Shown here: positions 1-12,100 of the stretch, piece after piece
Position numbering within the stretch: the first letter of the stretch is position 1
How the letters are laid out: each line of letters starts with the position of its first letter
Source: Amphiscolops sp. MND2022
Taxonomy: Eukaryota
Length of the DNA stretch: 64,000 bases
Direction of reading: 5' to 3'
Assembly: GCA_964187785.1 (NCBI GenBank)
Contig: OZ076409.1
Location: forward strand, 18,726,001-18,790,000
Notes under the pieces: generated by a model
The model's input: only the letters and a program-made list of their open reading frames with translations
Told to the model about the DNA's origin: nothing
The model's database searches: none
Program-made: the position numbers and the translations under genes

Positions 1-3000
1 TCGTATATCTTCTGCAACGGCGGGCGGAGGTTTGATTCATTCGTAGATTTTGATCGCATACAATTTTCACAACTTTCTAGAACTTTTTGTGTTTTTTCGG
101 TTAAACTAGGAGAGTAGTAGCGCTTTCGTAGTTCATGTAGCATCTTTTTAGAACCAGGGTGTCCTTGCACAGGGTTGTTGTGGAAAAACCTGATTATTTC
201 TAACATCACTTGTTCAGGTACAACAATTTGTTTATGGGACTCAAGGCCTGTATTGTCATAAAAGATACGGTACAGGACTCCGTTTACATTTTCAAGGCGT
301 TTTCGATTTTTGTGAAGTTTTTGGAAAAAGTTTGACATCAAGTTTACAGAGTGGTTCAGGGTAGTTTCTCCAGACAAAATTTTTAACATCAGTTGAATGT
401 CGTTATTTGTTTTTTGAGCTAAAATTAGATCGACTCCCCCGAAGGGGCTAACCTCCTTCGTTACTGGGTTTAGTAACGGTATTTTGACGATGAATTTTGT
501 GTACACTGGTGATTGATCATCAGTCATGAGTCGGTAGATCTGAGGGTAGCTTGTGTGGTCATTCTCAGAGGCCGGTGGTGCTGATTCTACAGAGTTCATC
601 GGTTTGTCATCGTCATTGGCTGTCGTTGCCACATCAACTGGTTTCATCGATTTGCCATCATCACGTGTCACTGTCTCAGAGTTGGTCACTTTCATCGGTT
701 TTGCATCATGTGACTTCTTCTGTCTCAGTGTTTCGCCAGGAGAGAAGTAGTCTGGTTCGTCGTCCTCCTGTTTTGGCGTCTTCGAGGCTATTTCGATTTC
801 TATGTGATGTACTGGAATGGAATCAGTTAATTTTAGATGAACACGTTCTTCAGGTCTAATTTCCAACCTGGAAAGGTAATCCGCTGCAGGATTCTCTACA
901 CCTGGTACATGTGCTAAAATAAAATTAAATTGAAGTGTCTGGTCGCAAAAATTCCAAAGTGACGGTGGTATGTGTTTGGCCTGAAAGAAACGGGTGAGTG
1001 CTTTATTATCTGTCATTACAATTATAGGTTTCTTCGCTCCCCACAGAATGTGGCCGAACTCGTCGAACGCGAAGTGCATGGCTAAAAACTCTTTCGCGTA
1101 CATTGTTAATGACATCTGTCCACCCTGAAATTTCTTAGAACCAAAAGCAACTGGTGCGTACTTCTTCAAGCTACCCGATTGTGTTTCAGAGTAGTCTTCT
1201 ATTAAAAGAACATAACCTGCTGCATGTTCACTCGCGTCACACATGATTACTAATTGTTTATCCGGAAGGGGAAGTTTCAATGACAGTTTAGTAGCCTTGA
1301 GTAAACTTTCGTTAATGTCAAAAATTACATCTTTGTGACGTTGTTCTAATTTAAAGGTAGTGTCTTTTTTGATTAACTCGTGAAGGACGGCTGTTTTGTC
1401 TGCCAACCGGGGAATGTAGGACCTGTAAAAGTTGATAAATCCTAAGTACCGTTGGAGAGCTTTAACTGAATTGGGAGGTTTGAGTTTCTTCAAATAATCA
1501 GTTATTCGTTTTTCGATGGGTGCTATTCCGGTGCTAGAAATTGATTTGCCAAGGTATTCAATTTGTTGTTGACCGGATTCACATTTATTCATGCTGAGTT
1601 TTAAACCAGCTTTGGTCAACTGCTGAAGAACAAGTTCTAAATTTTCAATCAATTCATCAGGCGTATCTGCTGCTATGCCTATGTCGTCAACATACTGGGC
1701 ACAGCGGTCCGCTTTGACCAAGGGGTCCAAGTACTCGCAGACTACACTGGTGAAGGCTGAAAGAGAACGGTTAAGACCTTGAGCTAGTCTAAGAAAAGCA
1801 AAGGTACGGGATCCAAAGTAAAGACAAAAATTGGATCGACTGCTCATCGGCCATTGGTATGCAATGGTACGCCTGGGAACAATCAAGTTTACAGAAGTAT
1901 TTTTTCCCGGCCATGTGTTGAGCAGCGTCTGAAACAGTTGTAACTGGGTGGTTATGTTCTCCGTAATCGTTCTTGATCAGGTGGTTGATTCTCCGCAAGT
2001 CAACTAAAATCCTTAGTTTACCGTTCGGTTTACGTTGTGCAAATATCGGTGAAGAGTATTTGCTGTAAGGAAGAGTAGTTATAATCCCGTACTCCTGCAT
2101 TAACGCTAATTCTACGAGCAAGTCATCTTTCAGGTTAGTGGGAGTAGGGAGACTTTGCGAGTACACGGGTTCTTCATGTTGAGGTGTTAATTTTACTTTG
2201 AAATCGGTATTCATGCCAATGTCTAAACGATGTCTAGCAAAAATGGAGTTGTACTTTACCAGCAACTCCTCTACCTGAGCTTGTTGAGATGGAGAGAGAA
2301 GTGATTCATCCCACTTGAAGTTCTGCAGGAACTTGACTCGTTCTTCGTGTGAGCGGTCAGGATCAAGCTTCTCCAGTTCTCTGAGTGCCAGAATCTCATC
2401 GAAAATGCGTCTTTCGATCTTGTTGAGTTTGTCTGGTTCACTGCACGTCTCTGGTGTCGGGTACCATTTTGTAGACTTCATCACGGGGTTCACGAAGAGT
2501 TGATTGATCACTGCTGCTGCGTCGTCGTGGTGATCGGTGATCAACTGCAGGTGTTCAACTGGCATCGGTGTGATGTTAGCTGCTTGGTGGGGCGTTGGTA
2601 TTCTGAAGTTTGCCAGGTTGGTGTTGGCTTCGAGTGTGAACACGTGCTCATTGGGGTTGGTGACCTGAATCATCGTTTTCCCATCGTCTAGGTCAACCAC
2701 TGCTGGCGACACCAAGAGACACGTCTTTCGCATGAACGTTGGAGTCCCTTCTACCGTGCCAGTTGTACGTGATATGTCCGCGTCGCTGTGGACCTCAATC
2801 AGTACTCGATGGTGGGGAGGGATGGTTGTTCTGCTGCTGGAATACAAATCAATTAACCCAGTTTTGAACTTTTTGTTTGTTTGTTGTCTTACTTGCATTG
2901 ACATCATGTGGTTAGGAAAGTGAACTAAATGATTTTTGATGTCAAGATTGACCGAATACTTTTCGAAGAACGACATTCCAATCAAGATTGTTCCCATTGT

Positions 3001-3660
3001 TGGGAGGACTAAAAAGACTTCTTCAAATACTTTTCCTGCTATGAAAAAGCGTAGAAGGACTTGTTTTCGAATGGGGACCAAGCTTCCGTTAGCTATCTGA
3101 ACTTTGAAGTTAGGGGGTGGTAATTCGTCTAGTACTGCTTCGGGATGAGCAGTAGTGATTTTGCGTAATTCTGCTTCCGAGAGTGCGCTTTGCACTGCTC
3201 CTGTGTCTAAAAGACCTTGGTTTTCGTAGCTGTTAAATTGGAGGGGAACAAACAACATCTTATCCTTTTTATTTAAATGTAATCTGGGACTAAGTACGTG
3301 GAATTGATTATTGGTTGCATGTTTTTTAGTTTTGGTACTACTATTTTTGTCATTTGCATGTGTTTTGCTACTAAGCCGTTTTATCGATTTGCCATCGGTT
3401 GAGAGTCGGTCCGTCGGTTGTAGATGTGAGTACATCTCTTTGGCATCGTGCGCAGGCCTCAATGCGTCGTTATGCCAGTTCATCGTTTGCTCATCGAGTG
3501 AATTTGCCAATGGAGTGAATTTGTTGGTGGTCCGCATTGACTTCATCGGTTGTTCATCGGTTTTCTGTTTTCTTCGCAGATAGACTTCGTCTGCTTTGCT
3601 GGAATCACCAGAGGGCTGCCAAGACCTCTGGTGACAATTGCGTTGAGTTTGTTGAGTCAA
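1..3660 (-). pseudogene. pol: pol polyprotein (PR, RT, RNase H, integrase N-terminus), in the -1 frame relative to gag, frameshifted near 1820
   Basis: Protease LLDTGA; RT motifs SPIFAQRKPNGKLRILVDLRRIN, KLDCSQAYH and AQYVDD (about 1682-1700); RNase H IMCDASEHAAGYVL (about 1205-1250); integrase H2C2 HNNPVQGHPG...C..C (about 50-185). Confidence 0.92.
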
Positions 3661-3722
3661 GTAAGTTGTTTAGTCGAAAGTTGGATGCGCACGTCGGTTG
3701 TTTGCGGAGTGAAATTGTGGCT

Positions 3723-5271
3723 TTACTGAAAATCCTGTTCTTCCTCTGAGGACAAGTCTGCCTTGTCATCTTGGATTTCCAGCTGGTTCATTGGACGTTG
3801 TTGTTGTTTTAATTCACGTCGCCGTTCTTTGTTTTCCTGGTCGTCGGTTCGTTTGTATGGGAGTTGTCCATATGGGGTGCTACTTTGTTTGGGAATTCGT
3901 TTTCCGCAGTCTCTAGCTGAGTGCCCAGTGTATCCGCAAATCTGGCAAACGAGTTTTGGGTTGTATTTTGGTTTATCCTCTTCCTGTCGTTTGGCTGGTT
4001 GAATGGCGTCTGGCTTGGTTGTACCATTTGCCTCATATCGTTGTCGTCCACGGCATTCTTGTTTTCTATGCCCTTGTTTCCCACAATAGAAACATTTGCC
4101 CTCGAATCGTTTGGTCTCAGTTTTGGGTTGGGCTTGGTCCGATCGTGTGAATTCTCTCTTTGTGGTGTTATCAGACATTTGGTTGAAGGGTTGGTAGGTG
4201 GATGTTGTCTGTTGAAGTACATTCTGGTACTGGTATTTTCGGAGCAGGTATGTTTTGATTTCTTCGGGGCTGCTGTCTTCTTTGTTTGCCATTGTTAGTT
4301 CTTGTTGGATTTCGACAGGCAATTTCCCGAAGAGGAACATCTTTATACATTTGTCAGCTTCGTCGCCGTAGGCTTGTTTGGCGATCTTCTTAAGGTCTTT
4401 TAGGAAGTCTCCAAATGTCTGAGTGGTCGGGTCGTATCGGGCTTCATTCCATTTGTATCGGGCGACTTCCCTCAAGTCTTCCTTTGCGAATTCTTTTCTG
4501 AATAGCTGGAGGACATCTCGCAGCGTCGTTGTTGGGTTGATGGTGATAGTTTGCCAAAAATCGATGGCCTCGTCTCGGAGTAAGCTCTGGAAGAAGTGGA
4601 TTTTATCTTCTTCCGTGATTTTATTGGCGATGGGGCGGAAATGGTTAAGTAATAAGTGTTTGAACTCATTGTATTTGTCTTTGGATCCGCGGAAATTTGG
4701 CACGTGAGTTTGGAGAAGTTTTGTCTTGGTTTTCTGCAGTTTTCGGGGCAGATCCTGGATGGCGTTGAGCAGTGCAGATTCCGTGGTATTTATTGCTGGG
4801 TGCGTCTTCGTATTCTTCGTCATAATCGTCGACGTTGAATTGATTTCGTTGGTTTCGGTGAGTCCTGTTGACTCCTGTCACCATGTTGGAGGTCCCCACG
4901 GCGTAAGCTGACGTCGCAAAAGGACCACCATGTTGCCTGTTTCGCTCTTCGTTCTGAGTTATGATTTTCTCCAATAAGGACTTCAGTACTGACATTTCGT
5001 CTTGCAGTCGATTAAAACGTTCTTCGTTGGCCAACTGATTATGATCTTCATTGGTTGGTGAATTTCCACCCGATTGATTTATTTTTTCCGAGAAATTGGT
5101 CGAAGATTCCATGTTAAGATTGGGATTACTATCTGTACCGTTTAATGAAGGTTTCAGTAAAGGATCAGTTGATACTTTTCCGTTTCTAAGGATTTTAGCA
5201 GATTCAATACTCATAAGCAATGAGAAGCAGGAATGTTGGATAAGAGTTGAATTATGAGAGTTGTGGTACAA
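3723..5271 (-). pseudogene. gag: gag polyprotein, split by one frameshift near 4790
   Basis: ORFs 4666-5271 and 3723-4823 overlap. There are two CX2CX4HX4C knuckles (CFYCGKQGHRKQEC, CQICGYTGHSARDC) and a capsid-like segment (VPNFRG...KIHFFQSLLRDEAIDFW). Confidence 0.9.
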
Positions 5272-6295
5272 CTAAGCAAGAATATAAGTATTGTAGAGCA
5301 AGCAGAGTATGTAAGTGTTTTGTAATAGTTGTAGCAAATCGTGTGTCTTAGTTGGTAGCCTTCTCACCAGACCGTTGGTAAGACGCAATTCTTACCATCG
5401 CTTCATCCTCATTGGACGTCGGGTAATGTTCTAATTAGCACTTGGTCACGTGACCGGTTGTTTCGCATGTCGCAAGAGGGCTACCAATTAGCAATTGCGC
5501 AATAACACAATTCAAATCAATTATCATGAATATATAATGAACTAATGCTAGCAGACGCTCTCTGAATCATGATAGTTACTGCAATTGCGTTAGTTTAGTG
5601 TTTAAAATGGATAGAATTCAGATTCAGAGGTATGGGGATGTATGAATGATGATTTACTAGCACTAAATCGATAAAATGCAAATTACAACAATTTTTGTCG
5701 TTTATTCATCGTTAAATTGATAAAAATGTAAAATATCACAAGTTTTGTCGTTCTTCCATCGTTTTCAGTAGTTGATCACGTTAGTATGGCGGTAGATGAA
5801 AAATAGATGAAATGAGTCTAGTCGGTGGTTCGTATGATCAACTAGATGTGAAAACGATGAACCGTGTGAACAGGAGAGAGCATTTCGACAGGTGGGAGAG
5901 GTTACATCGCTTTATCATCGTCGGTGACTTTCGTCTTATGCGATGTCTAAACGATGAAAGATTTTCATCGTTTCTTCATCGTTTGTATATTTGAGTTGAA
6001 CTGCTCAGTCATTAGCGATGTACAAACGATGGAACATTTTCATCGGTTTCACATCGTTGTGAAATTAGCGCAAATTAAAGCAGCAGCAAGTTTCATCGGT
6101 TTCACATCGTCAATTCTAAATGTTCTTTCCTGGCTGTGTTACGTGGCCAGACGATGTAATATAGATGAAACTTGTTTACTTTGTACTAACGTAAAGGATT
6201 TAGCACAGATTTCATCGTTTTATCATCTTCAATTGATTATTGGGCGGAATTAGGCTTGTTACGTTAGTTTGCTCTGAGGCAGGAGCTTCCTAACA
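4884..6295 (-). repeat. Putative 5' LTR (about 1.4 kb) of the Gypsy element; contains the gag start
   Basis: Minus strand starts TGTTAGG at 6295 and ends CCAACA at 4884, followed by TGGTGAC. The partner LTR is outside the window, so the boundaries are inferred. Confidence 0.65.
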
Positions 6296-6929
6296 GTGTT
6301 AGCTCTATTTTTTCCATTCAGCGGTCCAGTTTGACCGAGAAAACTACTTCCCTTTCTCGTGACAAGCCATTAAAAAATAAAATAGCATCATTTGCCTATT
6401 AGCACGATCATGAATTGCGGACAAGCGGAACTAGAATGCTCAGTATTAAGTAAGTAGATAGCTCAAGTCTCAATAGGGGAATGGGGGATTAGGTACAAGT
6501 AACGTAGGGTTGCTCACAACCATGGATCTTATTATATGACATCATATTGCCCATATCTAAGTACATAAGACATATTATTTACATTACAGATATTTAGTAG
6601 ATTACATTTCCATCATGCTGGCATGACAGGTAATTGTGGTAATCATACATTTCCAAATAACAGAAAAATAGTACAACGTTTTATTTTCCGCCCATAGTTC
6701 ATATGGGAAAGGAAAACATTTAAATCAAACACCAAGCACCAAATTTATGTTTAATTTTAAGGGTGTTTCCCAAAAGATTCAACTCACATAAAACTAGCGT
6801 CGTGCTAATTGTATTTGCGGAAATTTCTGGACTAATTCAGTTGACCCCAAGGACCCCATAATGGCACAAAAATGACCCCCAAAAATAGTAAAAACTGCAA
6901 AACTTCCATTTCGTTACGTTTTATTGCAA

Positions 6930-7925
6930 TTTTAGTCAATTTTTCGATAGATGTCGTAGATTAGAATGTTGAAAACGTTCAACGAGGCAAGAATTTGTTG
7001 TCCAGTAGTCGTTTATGAAGATATGATATGGTTTTTTTGGAAAGAAACACCCAAAAATTACAAAAAAAACAGAAATACCAATTGTTGACGTTTTTTTGCA
7101 ATTTTTGTCAAATTTTCGATAGACTTCGTGGATTAGAAAGATGGAAATGCTCACCATGGCACTAATTCGTTGTCCAGTAGGCTTTTTCAAAAAGATAACT
7201 GCTGTTTTTCAAATGAAAAAATCGCAGAATCTCACAAATTGACAGAAACGACAAAAATTCCAAAATTTTCCAATTTTTAAAGAGTTTATGCTTTTTTCAT
7301 CCAAAGTTTCATCATCAGACTTTGTGAATTGGAACGTTGAAAAGGGCCAACAAGGAAAGAGTGTGTTTGTCCAGTAGGCTTTTCCGAAAAGTTAATTGCA
7401 GTTTTTTAAGTGAAATTGTCTCAAATTAACCTCGAAAATAGAAAAAACCCAAAGTTTTCCAATTTTCAAAGATTTTATGCTCTTTTTGTTAATGTTTTGA
7501 CAAACTTCGTGGATTGGAATGTTTCAAAGCGTCAACAAGGAAACGTTCGGTTGTCCAGTAGTCTTTTATGAAGAGATATTGGCAATGTTCTCAATGAAAA
7601 TTTCTCATTTACACAGAAAGTGATAAAAATCCCAAAATTTTTCAATTTTCAAAGATTTCATGGATTTTTTTCCAAATTTTTCACAGACTTCGTCATCTAG
7701 AACGTTGAAAAGGGTTGAAAAGGAAAGAATGTGTCGTCCAGTATCTTTAGAAAAAAGAAAAATGCAGTTTTTCAAACGAAAACTGCCCACAATTGACAGC
7801 GAAAAAGGCAAAATTTCAAAAACTTTCCGATTTTTTTTCGATTTTTGCCAAAATATTGGTAGACTTGGTCGACTAGAACGGTAAAACGCCAAAACCATGG
7901 GCAAATTTGTTGTCTCGGTCAGCTT
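6930..7925. repeat. Degenerate tandem array, about 6 units of 175-200 bp
   Basis: Recurring ACTTCGTGGATTGGAA...TTGTCCAGTAG motifs near 6995, 7168, 7367, 7550, 7735 and 7908. Confidence 0.7.
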
Positions 7926-9149
7926 TCGTCACGAAATAAGTTCAATTTGTCAAAGAAAACTGCTTCAAATTGACCCTGAACTGTCAAAAAAAATTTTGTC
8001 GTTTTTGATTCGTTTTCTGTACATTTTCTGAGCAAATTTGGTTCTGAGTTCCAACGCAAGCAACTCAAAAACGAACGAACGAGCTTTTCATTACATTTTT
8101 TGAAGAGAACGTTGCAGCGTTTTACTTCAAAAACACATAAGAATGACACTTTTTGCCCAACAGGAATAACAAAAACTCAAATTCTTCGATTTTCCGGCAA
8201 AGTTCTATGATGGCGAAACGAGTTTCAGCTCGCAAAACTACCTTTCCGAAGCCGAAATCAGCTATCAAAGCAAGGGGGTACTCTTCGACCGAATGATTTA
8301 AAGTTTTCCTTGCTTCGAACTTCTTAACGATTTTATAGTGCATTGGCTATTCTTGAGCCTCATGTTTATTTAGTTGTAGAAACGTTTGGGACGGAAAGTA
8401 TCTCGCTGCTCAGCGGGCGTCTTGTATAGGAAAACATTGAATCAAGGCCTCAGCGAGTCCTTGGTCTGCGGACCAATATAGGCGAGGTGAGTCCATGATT
8501 CTTTGCTCTGAAAGTTTTCCAATTGATTCTTCGTCACAATTTAACATTTCAAGGAATAAAATTTAAGAAAAAAGAAAACTAATCACAACTTATTGTCACT
8601 GCTCTACTCCTTCATAATACATGGGATGTGAGGCTAACCAACCGTTTCTGTTAAAACTCTCCAAGATTGGCAAAACCGGTTGTTAGAAACCCTCGAGGGG
8701 ACGCCCATTGCGACTGTATTCGAATAATTACGCTCAGTAAAAATGCTCTCAATTAGTTGAAATTAAAGTGATCATAACTTTTGAAAAAAATCGCAGGGTT
8801 GCAAAACAAATTAGGCAAATAGAATCTTCATCGAGTTATAACGAGCCTTTGTTTCTCACAAAAACTCAAAAATCAGGCACTTTGGCATGAAAATGAAAAT
8901 TGTACTGACATGAAACGTCGACTCTTATTTTTGCCGGCTATTGTGTTGAGAACCTAATGAGACGTTTTATGAGTCAATTCTGTCAGGTGTGTCAATAGAT
9001 TTTCCAGAAAGAGTTTTTTATTTCAAAATACATCTTTAGTCCTTTTCGCTTCAGTAAAAACTCATTCGTTCCACATCAAGTTTCCAAACGCTCTTTTAAA
9101 TGCACAAATAAAGTGACTTCTTTTGCTAGCAAACAACCGGAATTCCGAG

Positions 9150-12100
9150 ATGGGAGCCCCAAAGTTCGAGCAAATCAGCTTCGTGAATGCGAAGCAGAAC
9201 CCGGACGAGGAATGTAAGAAGCTGCTAACAGCGATGGAAAACCTTGGATTCATTTTGATCACGGAAATACCAGGTACCGCTCAGCAAACTTGCGAAAAAT
9301 ACACAACTTAGGAAACTATTATTTTCTATTTCAATAGTGTGCACATATTCTTTTGCAAAAAAGATGACATTTTTTCTCCTATTGTAGGTTTTTTGTCTAC
9401 TAAATGGACATATACATTTAATATAATAATATATTATGTAAAGGCAAGCTGTCGTCGGTCACTTAACACGTTAACAGAGGTGGAGGAACCTGAGGAAATG
9501 GGTAAAACCGCTCGGGACAGGCGCCCATCGCCACAGATCCATTTTGCCTCCAGGGGTGAAATACGTCCCGAGGCCGTGGGTGCTTCAACAAATACTGTCC
9601 AACCTGTCCTAGTCTTTGATTGCTAATAGTAACGGGCATCTTCCTGACTCTCTAAAGACCACCGCCTAACTAGCATATAACAAGACGGGAACGTTCCAAG
9701 TCGGCGCCATATCTAAGGCTCAAAAATATTCAATGAACAACTACTGGAAACATTTGAAAAAATTTTTTTTCAAAAAAAGTAGTTTTGGAAAAAAAATTTC
9801 AAAAAAAGTATTTTTTAAAAAAGTCGGGCACTGCCGAAAAACACAAAAGAGGCCATTCAGGCTCATTCAACGTTTTCACAAACCGAAAACCAAAAAAAAC
9901 GCAAGGGGTACCCTTTGATAGAATTCGAAAATTGTCGAAAAAAAGTCGCATAGTCCCTTTGGTCTCGGCTCTATTTTTGGAAGCATAAAAAATTTGTGGC
10001 TTAGTGCAAGAATCGATCCCGCGATCTCCTGCTTCTCAGAAAATCAGTTGAACAAATGAACAAAATGATTGTAAAAAAAGTGGACCATTAAGAGTGAGAT
10101 TGTCAGCTGAAAAAGAAAAAAAACTACCCACTGTAATAGTCGGGCTTTTTTCCTGAAGGGAAAAGGCGACTACTAAAAACAATACCAAGAATGAGGTAAA
10201 TTTCCAATTCCAGGGTGACATGGGAATAAGTTCTAAAATTGGGAATAAGATCTAAAACTGCCAAAACTAGCGCTCGAGCCAGCTAAAATCAGTGAAATTA
10301 CATGATAACAGGTACGAATATGGCAAACCACACAGCTACAAGCTGGGGCACAGGGACTCCAGGCACCAAACAAGATTAATTAGGCTACAGGACTCATTTA
10401 ACCGATTTCCGCTACTTAAGGTAGCATAATTCTAAATTCAGAGAAAACTAGGGTTAGCGCCCGTAAAAGAGAGTCTGTTTTCAGAAGTTTTTGCAGTCTC
10501 TGGCGTCTGTTGTGGCTGCCCCTATGTTTTTTGCTCGTTCTTGCTCTTTTTTGTCGAATTACCTGCCAATTTCGTGGAAACAGCGAAAAGAGTAATCACA
10601 TGCTCAGTGCCACGTCACACATCGAATTAGAATTTTTGACAAAATTTCTGAACATGTCAAAGTTGCAAAATGGCTGTACCAGAGGGTCCCGATACACCAA
10701 TTGCACTTGACAATAAAACGTAAGCTCATATCAGTCCTAATTTCTCTAGAGGGCTACTTTTAGAATCAATTTGACGTTCATATTTCTTACCATATAAAAA
10801 GGCTCCAAAAAAATCAAACTAATACATTGTAGATGGATATTGTCTGCGGGTTTGTTGAGAAACAGTCATTAATGAAACTTCTGACAAATTCTGAAGAAGG
10901 GGATCGGTTTTTCAACAATTTCCACTAAAAATTGCTTTCCGTTTATTTTTCATTGAGTCATAATTTATGATTGCGCTCTATCTGAAGAAACAATTCGTTC
11001 AAGCAATGCAGAAAAACAAGAACAGAAAAAGCTTTCTCTCAGTAACTGTTCGAAATATTTCAGGTTTCAACGAAGATGAGCTGCTTAAAATTTCCATAGA
11101 CTTTTTCGGATTGTCACAAGAGAGTAAGATGGAGATCGCCAAGCAAGTCTTCAACCCAAAAAACTCCAATATATTCAGGTTTTTATGTATTATTCACCAA
11201 ATTAGCAATACATCTAAAGAAATTTGGGAAAACTCTCGAAACTCTTGGTAAACTTCTCACATACTTTTGACACTATTTTGAACGAAGTGTAAAAACAATT
11301 CACATAATCATGCCCGACCTAGAGATTCAAGGATATAATTATCAAATTTGAATGATTATTAACGACAAATAACAAATTTTCACCAACAGAAGTTATAACG
11401 GTACCATTATAGCGCTCCATAAGCGCTAGCATCACGCTCTCACGTTCTCACTAAAAGTATACTAAGGAGCTATCTCAGGTTCACATATGATGGCTTTTAA
11501 TCCATGATTCATGGTTTCGCCGAGCCGAGAAGCATTTCGTGCTAATGGAAAAATATCCATGATCATGAATGGTTATGGATGAAAACTCATGATGCCATGG
11601 ATGATCATGGATGAGAAATCATAATGCCATGGATTATGATAGATGAGAAGGCATGTCCAAAACGATAATTTATGGATTAGGCGTTTAATCCCTAGGTTAC
11701 AAAAATCACAACTCTTGCAAAATTTTTACAAGAATTCTTGTAAGATCTTGTAATAAAATGCATTTTTTGAATCTAGCTCTGCAAAAATCTCGCAAAAATG
11801 GCCTTTCTCTGCTCAGAATCTTACAAAAAATGCATAAATCTGACAAAATTCTTACAAAAATTGCATTTTGTGCCTCAAAAAACGTCGAACGGCTGCAGAG
11901 AAAAAACGATCGAAAAATGTTACAAACACCCATTATAATGCTAAACTATTCTAGAGGAACAACTCTCCCTTCTCGGAAAGGAAGGAATTCCATAAATTGA
12001 AGGACGTTTAAGATAATCTCTGAAATCACGATCTAAAACAGCTGTGAAAAACTTCAATTACATAAGCACATCAAAATTAAATATATATTCATATTTAACA

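Larger units (their letters stand above)
1..6295 (-). mobile_element. Ty3/Gypsy LTR retrotransposon, 5' LTR-gag-pol, truncated by the window's left edge, with disabling mutations
   Basis: Domain order on the minus strand is gag (2 CCHC knuckles), protease, RT, RNase H, integrase zinc finger. The putative LTR reads TGTTAGG...CCAACA and is followed directly by PBS-like TGGTGACAGG. Confidence 0.93.
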
